64,000 nucleotides of DNA from Eledone cirrhosa (Eukaryota), in contig OZ024740.1 in the NCBI GenBank assembly GCA_964016885.1, positions 247,070,001 through 247,134,000 of the forward strand, in the 5' to 3' direction. Positions 1-12,199 of this stretch are shown here, piece by piece. The notes under the pieces are model-generated. The model did no database searches. It saw nothing but the letters and a program-made list of their open reading frames with translations, and was not told the origin of the DNA. Positions within the stretch are counted from its first letter, which is position 1; the number at the start of each line of letters is the position of its first letter. The position numbers and the translations under genes were made by a program.

Positions 1-125
1 TTACGATCTGAGTTCAAATCCCGCCGAGGTTGACTTTGCCTTTCATCCTTACGGGGTCGATAAAATAAAGTACCAGTAATGCACTGGATAATTGCTGGCC
101 TTGTGCCTAAAGTAGAAACAATTAT
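1..125 (+). mobile_element. tRNA-derived SINE family A, 3' part (window starts inside it)
   Basis: B-box GAGTTCAAATCC, then the core GACTTTGCCTTTCATCCTTACGGGGTCGATAAAATAAAGTACCAG and the end GTAGAAACAATTAT. About 10 near-identical copies occur in the window. Confidence 0.85.
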
Positions 126-267
126 ATATGTTTACTTAATGGTATCAGTTTTAGGAAATGATAGTTGTAAGAAGGAAAGTAAAATTATGTAGTTCATCAG
201 TAGTAGAATATTAATTATAGGTTAACTAAATTAAAACCAGTTTATATATTAATTTCTAAGATGTATA

Positions 268-1975
268 TTAATTAGGTTTATAATATTTAAAGGTTTTTCT
301 CAGTTTGTGATTACACGATATTATTAATTCCTGTCGCTTATTTAATAGGATATCCTTAGATTTCATTATTTGAAAAAGTTCTTGGGAACATAATCTACAT
401 TCATATCTATTATTTTGATAAGGGGTGGCCCTTTTGAGCACACTCCAGGTCAGGTCATAATCTATATTCCTCTTTCTATAATTATTAATTATTTCAGCTA
501 GAGATGTTGTATTAGCTAGTGCGGAATTTTTAAAGCTATGTTTGTGGGTATTAAATCTTACCTTAAATTTGTTAGAGGTAGCTCCTATATATGAATAAAT
601 TGAGTCTTTAGTGTTAACTTTACATTTATATACTATGTTATTAACAAGGCAATTTCCTTTTAATGGGCAGTTTGCCTTGTTTCTACAGTTACAACTTTTC
701 GTGAATCCTGTATCCGAGGAGATATTATGGTTAGTTTGATGTACTGGTGGTATACTCATGGCTTTTTTACATTTATATGCATTGTAGGCACTTATATTTT
801 GTTTTATGTTTTTGGTTGTTGAGTAGAAGAATTTAACCGTTGATCTATTTAAAATTTGATGGTATTTGTGGTTTGGCGGGAAGTTCTTCTCTAGGATATT
901 AAAGAATTTTTTAGGTATATTATCCTTAATTTGTAAATTAAATGGAGCATTATACCAAGTAACTCGTCTATTACGGTTTCGATGTTGTTTATTGTTTTTA
1001 TAGGATGTATCCTGATGTTTATTAAGAGAATTATTGTTAATGACTTCACCACACACCTTTTTAGTTAGATTTATTGATTTAGGTGTTTTAGCTTGTTTAT
1101 TAGGAGTTTTATTATTACCATTTGTTAGAGTTGTAGGATGAGTAGTTTTTTGAGAGTTACTATATTGTATATTAGAAGAGTTAGAGAAATTTGGTTTTAT
1201 GTTGGTATTTTGGGGTATAGTGTGAGTGGCATTTAGGTGTGTATGTTTCATTTGGTGTTTGTTGGTAATTTGTAGTGTTGTTGGTACAAGGTATATATAC
1301 TAATTTATTTTTGTGGCCACTTCTAGCTAGAGCTTCGTTATAAAAGGTCGCATTTTTATCAAATACATCCTGGTTAGACGAAAGGTTAGAAATTCTAAGT
1401 GATATATTATATGCAAGGATTTTAAGGATAGATTTAGGGTGATTAGATTGTGAGTGTATGTAGTGTAAATTTTGGTTAGGTTTATGGTGAGGTTGGTAGA
1501 TACCCGTAGATAAGTCTAATGTTATATCAAAGAAATTAACTACTTTACTTGTGTTTTCAAATGTAATATCTAGACTATAATAGTCTTTAAGGAAAGTTCT
1601 AATAAGCTTTTTATTTTTTTTTCTATCTCTGAAAGGCTAAGGTTATTGGAAAGAAGAAGACAGTCGTCACGATATAAACCACCTTTAAGGTGGGGAAAGG
1701 AAGCATTTATGTTGAAAAGAAGAAAGAGGCCCACAAGATCAGTAATTTGGGCAGAATCACTTGAGCCCATAGTAATATCGAATAGATTACTATATGTGTT
1801 TCTGGTCCAGTATTCATTTTGAAATTCCAATAGTGTTAGTCTGGCATGTGTAATAATATTAATGTCATCCAAAGTTAAGTTAGATCTATTTTTAGCAAAT
1901 ATCAAGGCTTTGTTCAGGAGTATAGGTGATATAGAAGAAGAATAATTATCTATATCAAATTGTAGAAATGAAGCA
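268..1975 (-). mobile_element. Penelope-like element (Naiad-type), 5'-truncated, frameshifted RT plus GIY-YIG endonuclease
   Basis: RT motifs FLQFDI, FDITMGS and GGLYRDD (ORF 1570-1905). ORF 268-1251 has WYNAPF, CNCRNKANCPLKGNCL, VYKC..YIGAT, RFNTH, CRLC and CNH. Confidence 0.9.
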
Positions 1976-1985
1976 GTGACCTCTC

Positions 1986-2704
1986 AGGGACGAACTGCTA
2001 GAAAGGGCAGCCCAAAGCCACTCAGAGAAGTGTGCTCAACCAAACAGAGATAGGAAAGACTGTTATTAGGAGTTATTAGGTTATCGATTCCATACACTGG
2101 TTTGTTTTTCCCTATATTATTGATAACGCACTGTATATCTCTCTCTGGTGTGTTACCTTTTCAACATATTGCATTTTAAAGAGCTCAGGATCTCTTCTCC
2201 TTTGAGTACATTATTTACAGGGAATAGCGAAGGCCTATGGCTCCGTTAATTTATCGTGATATTTCGCTCCTAATAACAGTCTTTCCTATCTCTGTTTGGT
2301 TGAGCACACTTCTCTGAGTGGCATTGGGCTGCCCTTTCTAGCAGTTCGTCCCTCAGACCACTGGTTCACTGCTCTTAAACACGCTGTGACTTCTCTCTCC
2401 CAAGTGTAGCTGGACAGTCAATTTTAAAATTCTCTTAGTGTTGTCTGAAATGTATAGCCTTACACACGCTGATGAACCGAGACTAACCCATTTCTTTCAA
2501 CAAATTATTGGTGAAACATATCTTTGGATTTGTACGTGTGTTATATAGAGGTATTTATTTACGCTTTAATTAATATTTTTAATTATCGTGTCTAATGTCT
2601 GCTTTTTATAGGTTATAGATTCCATACACTGGTGGGTTTTTTCCCTGTATTATTGATAACGCACTATATATCTCTCTCTGGTGTGTTACCTTTTCAACAT
2701 ATTG
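1986..2704 (+). repeat. Pseudo-LTR-like unit with ~95 bp terminal direct repeats, an inverted duplication and a hammerhead ribozyme
   Basis: Direct repeats at 2077-2171 and 2609-2704. Segment 1986-2072 is the reverse complement of 2267-2353. Confidence 0.75.
2462..2541 (+). ncRNA. Type I hammerhead ribozyme motif
   Basis: ACACACG-CTGATGA-ACCGA..TTGGT-GAAA-CATATC(TTTG)GATTTG-TA-CGTGTGT. Stem I is 7 bp, both core boxes are intact and the cleavage triplet is GUA. Confidence 0.8.
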
Positions 2705-2705
2705 T

Positions 2706-2729
2706 ATATATACATATATACATATATAT

Positions 2730-2808
<79 letters not shown>

Positions 2809-2917
2809 CATATATATACATATATATATATACATATATATACATATATATATATACATATATATATATACATATATACATATATATATATACATATATA
2901 TATATATGTATATATGT
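2706..2917. repeat. (TA)n/(TACA)n microsatellite
   Basis: Directly visible; source of spurious YIYI ORFs. Confidence 0.95.
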
Positions 2918-3143
2918 AACAACACGTGGTAGCGACCAGTTATAGATTTTGACTCGAAGTGTATACATGGATTGCTGACTATTGTTCTTCCTTGTTGATA
3001 ATCCAATAATATCCACTTTCTGTGACTTACCATCTGATTAATTGGTGATATATATTTCTTTAATGAAATATATTTAGGGAAGATTAATCATTAAAAGGTA
3101 TCTATTTTTGAAGTTCTAGTTAACTTTATTTATTTGTTACCTA

Positions 3144-3170
3144 CTAGCCATGCGTGGTTACACGCTTGTA
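3144..3170 (-). mobile_element. Possible Helitron 3' terminus
   Basis: Minus strand reads GCGTG-TAAC-CACGC (hairpin), then ATGG-CTAG|T. Confidence 0.3.
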
Positions 3171-3359
3171 AAAATTATCTCCTGTGATTATTCATGTTTA
3201 TATTTATTTATATATATGTTGATCAATTCCTAGTTATTATAAAATGCTCGCACCTACAAAGTCTTTGAGCTTATTTTCCAGGCGATATGGCGCATTCCGT
3301 TAAGGCATGACACCCACAATTTCGATTTAGATTGAATTCATTTAATTTATCTTAATTTT

Positions 3360-3464
<105 letters not shown>

Positions 3465-3908
3465 TTCAAAATATTAACAAAAATAGACATTCGTGTGATC
3501 AAGTATATTTTATTATACATATTTCAGAGGTACTGAGCTATCTTCAACAGTACGTCCTTATCAGATAAGATAAGATGATGTATGACATACCCTGACATAG
3601 TAGATGGTTAAGATACAGTCATGGTAGTGAGTAAGATATGACAAAACTCAATATTTATATACCTTAAGATTGAGATAAGAAAAAACTTACATATAATACA
3701 GAGGGTGCGTGTGAGAAAGCTTTAAAATACTTAATAGCGATTTACATAACTGTTAGAGATTCAAATAATTTAAATTATTGAATAAAGAAGAAAGAAAGAA
3801 GACAGGGAGAAACATTTATTCATTGAACCTTGTTTAACCTTTAAATATAACTAGCTCCCAGCAGGTTGAGCGCTTTTCTCTACAATAGATTGTAAATTTT
3901 AATAAATA

Positions 3909-6230
3909 ATGGAATTCTTCACATTCCCAACATCTCTCAAGGATATACCTATACCATCTAATGAAGAATACATGGGGAAACTTATAGAGAAAATAAACTC
4001 TTTTATAAGAAGAATGAGATGGCGTGCTTTTCATTTCGATAATAAAGAAGCTAAAAGGAAAAGCAACAACAATCATTTCGAAACTATCTTTAAATCTAGA
4101 AAAAATCCTCCATACAACAAACTCCTGGAGGATTTTGAAACAGAAATGCTGAATATACTAAGGAGGATTAAATTCAAATAAAACCCATATAAAGGTCACC
4201 AATACCTTAGAACTCTAAAGGAAAAAATCTTAGATATAAAAAAAGTTAATAAAATATTGGTGACAAAGCCAACAATTTATATGGGATAGATAAAGCTGAA
4301 TATAATGATTTAATTTTAAAAGAATTGCGGATAAATTATAGAAAAGCCCCGGCCGAAGATCTTATAGACATCAATAATGATGCATTTAAATTAATAGCCA
4401 AACTTGGAATTGAAGGAAGAACCGAGCCTTTTATACCTAGACAGCCGAGGATAAATTTTAAGGATCACAAGAGAAACTTTGAGCAAGACCTGCCAGTTAG
4501 ACTAAATCGGATATTGGAGTAATCAAAAAGAATATTATTGATAGAATTCTACCTACTCTGAAATTGAAATCTAAATTGAGCTTATGGAAGACACTATGAA
4601 GTGATTGACTGGTTTAAAAATATAGATAATAAGAAAAATCACAAATTCATCCAAATGGGCATAGCAAGCTATTCTTCTTCTATTACACCTAACCTAAGGC
4701 TTTGCCTTATGCTTACAAACATACAGATCTAACTACGGATGAAATCAATATCATATTAACTGCTAGAAGAACTCTAATTAATTTCAACAATGAGTATTGG
4801 ACCCGTTCAGATAGGAATAGAAACTTTGACATTACCATGGGATCATCTGACCCAGCACAAGTCACTGATCTTCTGTGGATTTTTATCTTAAATATGGTAA
4901 ATAGAAAACTGCCGGAGATTAACGGTGGTTTATATAGGGACGATATATTATTTACGGTTGTCAAACAGCAATACTGAATTAAATAAGGTTAAGAAAACTT
5001 ATATTTGAATTCTTTAAAAATTATGACCTTAAATTAGAAGTTGAAAGTAGTCCCAAAATAGTTAATTTCCTTGACGTTACCCTTAACTTAAACTCTGGTT
5101 TTTATTACCCTTTCCATAAGCCCAATGAAAACTTAAATTACGTTAGCTATTACTCTAATCACCCTAAATCCGTGAAAAATGCAATAGTCAATATTGTGCA
5201 GAAACGCATAACTGGAATTTCCGCTAATAAATCCATATTTGATGAAACAGCAGGATATTATAATGATGCGCTCAGAAAGGCAGGTTATAAAAATAATATT
5301 GAATATATAGATAATAATAATTTGAATTATGATCCTGATAAAAATAAGACTAACATATACAAACGAGTTTCTAAAAATTATAATACAAACACCAGTACCG
5401 TGAATAAATCGGCGAAAAAAATCAAAACTAAATCAGTTATATAGTTTGCCCCTCCCCCGCTTCTGTAGCAATAAAAACACCACTCGCAAATCTATTCTTT
5501 AAAGCTTTAGATAAATGCTTCCCCATTCAACACAAATACCGGTCCATATTTAACAGACACACAATTAAGCTTTCTTATTCTACAACTATGATTATGGCCC
5601 AGAACATCGCAAAAATAAATAGTAGAATTCTTAATCATAATCAACAAACAATTAACGATAATGAATTTAATAACACTAGTAATATTAATACTAGGAATAG
5701 CAATAACATTGATCTAAGTACAACCAATAGAATACTTGAAAGTGCTAACAATGTTAATGTTATTTGTCCAATTTATAGTAATAACAATAAATCGAAATGT
5801 AATTGTAGAAATAGATCAAATTGTCCTCTGCAAAACAATTGTCTGGATAGCAATCTGGTCTATAAATGCGCCGTAAAAGCAAATAACATCACATACAACT
5901 ACATTGGTGCAACTTCATCGGCATTTAAATTAAGATTTTCGAATCATAAATGATCTTTTTCAATCCTAATAGGAAATCTTCGACTTCTTTATCACAACTT
6001 ATATGGTCGTTAAAAGGCAAAAATTTTAAATACTCGATTTCTTGGTCGAAACTGTGTAATAGTCGAATATACTTGAATTCGACAATATCACCTAACTGAA
6101 ATCTCTGTACCATGGAGACCCTATTAATAATTACTAATTATGATAATTTAATTAACAAAAAAAGTGAATTATTCTCAAATTGCCTTCATAAAGCTTCTTC
6201 TACATTCGCAAAATATCAGGAAAAACACTA
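3909..6230 (+). pseudogene. Penelope RT/GIY-YIG polyprotein, disrupted by frameshifts and stops
   Basis: ORF pieces 3909-4181, 4325-4522, 4702-4977, 5172-5444 and 5588-5953, plus a C-terminal frame ending in TAA at about 6230. Confidence 0.88.
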
Positions 6231-7430
6231 AATAATTACGTTCTAATTTTTGACGTCTCGTATCAACTGAGTGCGTAAAATGTTATATTAATCTCTTTTT
6301 TTTTTACTCATTTATGATATGATAATTGTTAGATTAAGAGTTCTATATAAATATATTAACATATAGATTGTTAACACGATCTCTTGATGAATATGCATAT
6401 TTTTTGATTGTATAGATACATCTAATTTGTTTGGGATTCTTGTATTTTCTTAAATATATAGCTTATATGGTTGACAGTTGTAATGAACCGTAAACAATTC
6501 ATGCTTTTATCTATTTATTCTTTTGGAGTATATTAGTTTTAAGATTCAAGATGTTTGATTTATATATTCATATTTGTTTATATATATGTATGGTATATGC
6601 GTCGTATACGATCCTAGTCGACAAACTTTTTCCACTTAACTTGATGTTAAACTTCAATTATAACTTTACTAACAATGTTTTTATTATTTATTTATTATAT
6701 GTATATGGATCACTAATATCGTCTTGAGTTCCGAACAGAATACTCTGTATGTGTTTGGACAAATGTGAATATCTGGTTTAAAAACAGGCTTCTAGCTACA
6801 TTTATATGTACTCTAGATACTTAAGGACATTCTAGTGTTATAATTCTTAAATATTTTGTAAATTATATAACGATTATTATTTTTTTTTTTTAATTTAATT
6901 AATTTCTGCATACCTTCGGGTCGATGAAAATCTTCAGTTTTCTCTTTCTCATGTTTGCAGACACTTTAAATATGATACTATACTACTATATAGATTTTTC
7001 TTGTATTTTAAATTATATAGCTTAAATATTTGGCACTTATATGATCGCAAACAATTTACTGATTTATTTTGAATGTGGTTCGTTTCCTTACGATTCATGA
7101 AATTTTTATAGTATATATGTATTACATGATCCTAAGATACAATAATTGATCTAAAACTATAATTGTAACAATATTAACAGTAACTTATTTATTCTATTAT
7201 ATTATATTGTGTTCTATATAACTGACTAATATCGTCTTGAACTTTAGACAATATACTCTTTGTATATATTTGGACAAATGCATATATCAAATTTAATAAT
7301 AACTTTTTAAGTTTAATTATAAGGCCTTTAGATGCTTTAGGACATTCTAATTGTTAATTTAAAATTTTTAAAGTTATAACTGTAATTATTTTCTAAATTA
7401 TATAGTGAGAATTATTTTAGTATGGGAAAA

Positions 7431-7620
7431 TAATTGTTTCTACTTTAGGCACAAGGCCAGCAATTATCCAGTACATTACTGGTACTTTATTTTATCGACC
7501 CCGTAAGGATGAAAGGCAAAGTTAACCTCGGCGGGATTTGAACTCAGACTGTAAAGGGACGTAACTATGCTAGAAAGCATGGCGTCCAACCCTCTACCGA
7601 TACTGCCAATTCACCGCCCT
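7431..7620 (-). mobile_element. SINE family A, full length, with 14 bp TSD
   Basis: Core sequence present. TATGGGAAAATAAT occurs at both 7421 and 7621. Confidence 0.9.
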
Positions 7621-8396
7621 TATGGGAAAATAATATAAGATAATATGATTTAATATGGTTTACCTACGTGTGGATGAAAATACTAAGTTTCTTTCTCATG
7701 TTTGAAAATACTTTAAATATGATTTTATAAATTAAATATGTTAGTATACTTTAATATTAATATAGACATTTATAAAGTTTTTTAGCCTGAAATATTATAC
7801 CTTTAGTTTAATCCATTATTCTGAACTAACATAAGGAATTTGAAATTTAACGGTCAGCCGAATAAGTTTGGATATATATGGTCTAAAAATAATTATTAAT
7901 ATATTTCTTATTAATTGAGGACTCGAAATTAGACCCTCATATAATTACACCGAGGTATATTTAATATTTAGATAGATGGATACTTCTAGATAATTCAAAG
8001 ATTCGAGTTTACTCTTTCACAAAGCTATGCCCAAATGTATATTTATCTATGCTTTATCCTATAAAAATTATTCCCCTTTTGTCTCTCTATCCTTGATCAA
8101 TTGTCTTTTGCTTTCTATACTTCTAGTAACTATATTTTTTCCTCATCTGTTTCTCCCTGTCTTTCTTCTTTCTTTCTTCTTTCTTCAATAATTTAAATTA
8201 TTTGAATCTCTAACAGTTATGTAAATCGCTATTATGTATTTTTAAGCTTTCTCACACGCACCCTCTGTATTATATGTAAGATTTTTCATGTCTCAATCTT
8301 ACGGTATATAAATATTGAGTCTTGTCATATCATATTCACTAACATGACTGAATCTTAACCATCTACTATGTCAGGGTATGTCATACATCATCTTAT

Positions 8397-8456
8397 CTTA
8401 TCTGATAAGGACGTACTGTTGAAGATAGCTCAGTACCTCTGAAATATGTATAATAA
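8397..8456 (+). ncRNA. Variant hammerhead motif in the 3' pseudo-LTR (inverted copy at about 3509-3568)
   Basis: TTAT-CTGATAA-GGACGTACTG..CAGTACCTCT-GAAA-TATGTA-TA-ATAA. The core reads CUGAUAA instead of CUGAnGA in both copies. Confidence 0.55.
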
Positions 8457-8639
8457 AATATACTTGATCACACGAATGTCTATTTTTGTTAATATTTTGA
8501 ATTAATATTAATAACTCCGGAAAACCATAACAGTTGAGTGCTTCCAATCTATTGTAAAACTAATTCTTTGATTTATTCATTGAATCTTGTTTAACCTTTA
8601 AATATATATATATTTTTTTATTTTTCGATCGACTTTCGT

Positions 8640-8840
8640 CAAATCGGACCGAGGAAACAATGTTTCCGTTGGTCTTTCCAGTTGCTAATACTATCTATCG
8701 GTCGCAACTCCAGGTAGAAAGAGCAACGTGAAATAAAGTGTCTTGCTCAAGGACATAACGCATCACCCGGTCCAGGAATGGAACTCACAACCTCAAGATT
8801 GTGAATCCAATTCTCTAACCACTCAGCCACACGCCTTCAC
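8640..8840 (-). mobile_element. tRNA-derived SINE family B (V/CORE-like domain)
   Basis: Minus strand has A-box TGGCTGAGTGG, B-box GAGTTCCATTCC, then GTCCTTGAGCAAGACACTT. Confidence 0.7.
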
Positions 8841-8841
8841 C

Positions 8842-8888
8842 TATATATATATATATATATCCATATATATATATATATATATACATAT

Positions 8889-8919
<31 letters not shown>

Positions 8920-9012
8920 CACATATATATATATACACATATATATATACACACATATACACACACATATATATACACACACACATATATATACACACAC
9001 ACACATATATAT

Positions 9013-9055
<43 letters not shown>

Positions 9056-9152
9056 TATATATATACACATATACACACACACATATATATATATATACAC
9101 ATGTATGTATGCATTCATGTATGTATGTATGTATGTATGTAAGTAGGTAGGT
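8842..9152. repeat. Compound (TA)/(CA)/(TATG) microsatellite
   Basis: Directly visible. Confidence 0.95.
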
Positions 9153-9742
9153 AGAGACGAACGTAGGTATGCAAGTATATTATTGTATGTATGATTAAAG
9201 AAGATAAAAAAGTATGCAATAAAATTTAGTTGTCAGTAAAGTGTTTGGATAGTAACCATAGCAACTGACTGATTTTATAACTACACTTTTCTCACTAAAG
9301 TTATGGTAGCTAATTGCCACTATAGCCTTTCTATATATCTACACACACATGCAGTTGTGTATGTGTGTATGCCTATGTTTATGTGTATTTGTGTGTGTCT
9401 GAGCGTATACGTGTAGCGCGTCGAATGGTGGTCCAAATGGTTGATTTGTTGTGGTGTGGTGTTGATTTTGTAGTTGTGTGTGTACTCGCATAAATTGCTC
9501 AGTGGTGTGGTCACTGTACCTGATACAGTTTGATCAGAGATTGCTTGTGTGCAAGTGAGTAACAGTGTTCATTATGATGATGATGATATGATGGTTACTT
9601 GATCATGTAGGAAATGAAATATATAAATCACAATAACATAAAGCTGCTATGTAAGCAATTTATTAACATAAATTTCGCAGACTTTATATGACAATACACT
9701 AAGAGCAAATAAACACAGACGAATCGTGTGACGTTATTTGTC

Positions 9743-9916
9743 TGGCAGTATCAGTAGAGGGTTGGACGCCATGCTTTCTAGCATAGTTACGTCCCTTTAC
9801 GGTTTGAGTTCAAATCCCGTCGAGTTTAACTTTGCCTTTCATCCTTACGGGGTCGATAAAATAAAGTACCAGTAGTGTACTGGGTAATTGCTGGCCTTGT
9901 GCCAAAAGTAGAAACA
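9743..9916 (+). mobile_element. SINE family A with 10 bp TSD
   Basis: GTTATTTGTC flanks both sides; core sequence present. Confidence 0.88.
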
Positions 9917-10897
9917 GTTATTTGTCAGGATGTGTATGCATGTTTGTTTTCAAATGTACAATTAAAAATGCTGTCTTGGCCGAGAGAGAATGAGAGTGTG
10001 TGAGAGTAAGAGAGAGTAAGAGAGAATAAGACCCAATAGGTGTCTTCTGTGTAAAGCAATGGACTACATGTTCACTCTTAGTATTAAACCCTCCAACTGA
10101 ACTGGCTGTACTGAGAGCTGGCTATTTTATGAAATGTCGCTTCCTTTCTCATCTAGACTTGAGAAGAAACAGATGACTCTCTGATATGTTAAAATCTCAG
10201 ACTTGTAGTATTTCGCCGTGCTTCAAAATGATATATTGTGAGAGCATTGCGGCGTTTATATAGATTTTACACAACAGCCGACTCAAAAACTACTAAATAT
10301 GTATGTACTCGGAATGATTGTTGTTGCTGTTATTGTTGCTCTTTAGGTTCTGAGTTCAAATCTCTATGATTGAAGACATTCCAGTCGTGACCATTCCGTT
10401 ATTCAACAGACTGCATTATCCAATGTAACCCCCCCCCCCCCCTTTAAATATGTGATTTGGGGGAAATTTAACTGTTATTTCTAAGTGGCTAACAAGTATT
10501 ATTACTTTTAACCTTATATTTTGGATTGTAGGGACTTTTTGCCATTCGAAATAACAAGATATTTGATATTAGAAAGCTCTGTTCTACATTGTTAATAAGA
10601 CCTGCTAGACAGAAAAGCTAAATCATGCTCGAATAATATCCAGCTGTTTCAGCTTAATGATTCAAATAAACATGAGCGTATATTATATGTTCACATAATA
10701 AAGATAAATCAGTTCTCAGCGACATTCAGTTTCGTAACGTAAACGGGTGCCCTATAGATAATAAATAAAACCTCTCCCACAAAAATACTAACAGTGTTAC
10801 CAAGAGTTTATGAACAAATGGTCAAAACTTGCGTTGAATATTAACAAGTGGGCTTTGTTTTCATATAGATACAAAGATGTTATTTGTATATATATAT

Positions 10898-11076
10898 TAA
10901 TTGTTTCTACTTTTGGCACAAAGCCAGCAATTACCCAGTGCATTACTGGTACTTTATTTTATCGACCCCGTAAGGATGAAAGGCAAAGTCAACCTCGGCG
11001 GGATTTGAACTCAGATCGTAAAGGGACGTAACTATGCTGGAAAGCATGGCGTCCGACCCTCTACCGATACTGCCAA
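10898..11076 (-). mobile_element. SINE family A
   Basis: Reverse complement of the core. Confidence 0.88.
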
Positions 11077-11168
11077 CCCAATATTAATACGAGGAAAACA
11101 TTTTACAGATTTGAAAGTATGATGTTAGCATACATGCATTGGGGCGAGAAATTTGGATTAAAACGCAC

Positions 11169-11218
<50 letters not shown>

Positions 11219-11474
11219 ATGTGTATATATATATATATATATGTGTGTATGTGTATATATATATGTATGTGTATATGTGTATGTGTATATGTGTATGTGT
11301 ATGTGGGGGGGGGGGGGGGCGTGCGCACGCACGTCTGTACATAAATGAGGCGGTTGACTTAAGAAACATGGAGGAAATTTCAAATAAGTTCAACCCAACA
11401 CAATATAATAATATTCAATCACTATGAATACTAATTGAGAAAATCGGGAATATATATATACATTTAGACTAATC

Positions 11475-11613
11475 TGTGACGTACGTGTTTTCCCTCTTCC
11501 CCACAATATTTTACTTTATTTTCCTTGCCTTTTTTCCCTCCTTTTTCTTTCTTTACTTTGTTCCCTAAGACTCTCATGCTATAAAAATACAATACCTTCT
11601 CCCTGACGTCACA
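11475..11613 (+). repeat. Candidate short 5' LTR of the downstream Gypsy element
   Basis: Bounded by TGTGACGT...ACGTCACA (8 bp inverted ends, TG..CA) and contains TATAAAAA. No matching 3' LTR or clear PBS seen. Confidence 0.3.
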
Positions 11614-11930
11614 TAAACTTTTATGGGTGTATGTTATAGTTTAATTGGTATAAATTATTGTTTTGTCTTGGCTCTTACTCCATGGACAGTGCTTTTGATT
11701 GTGTCAGACGCTGTGAGTACGGCTGGCTCGGCAGTACCGTTTGTAGAGGTCGAACTGTCAAAGTCTATCCCAAAGATTGAAGACTCTGGAGTTCTGTGTC
11801 TTTCGTTTGTATTTTCATTTTCAAAAAGAAATTTTTGAAGTTTCTGCTTAAAAAAATATTTTTAGTTTTTCCTTGTTTTCGTTCGTTGTTAATTGTGTCA
11901 ATTATCTTGTGTTAATTACCAAAAAATTAC

Positions 11931-11984
<54 letters not shown>

Positions 11985-12199
11985 TCCGTAGAGAATGTAA
12001 GAACACATAGCTCCGTCAGGTAACATATCAAAATTTAACAAAAAATGTTCAAGTATAGATACCTACCAAAAATTAATTATATTTCTTCGCACTTATACTT
12101 CCATAGCTATGAAATACGTTTCACCAAATATGTATTGTAGTTCAATAGTCAATCAGGATCGTCAGCGAAGTGCTTTTTCTGTTAGTCTCTGTTCTGTAT

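Noticed and set aside
140-210. CTGATGA on the minus strand in a PLE 3' UTR
   Set aside because: No downstream stem II, GAAA or stem I partner found.
5951-5953. In-frame TGA after RFSNHK as selenocysteine
   Set aside because: The aligned position is His, Ser or Asn in sister elements, not Cys, and a frameshift follows; likely decay.
7431-7620. tRNA-like A/B boxes as tRNA genes
   Set aside because: They are SINE heads: multi-copy, followed by a non-tRNA core and flanked by TSDs.
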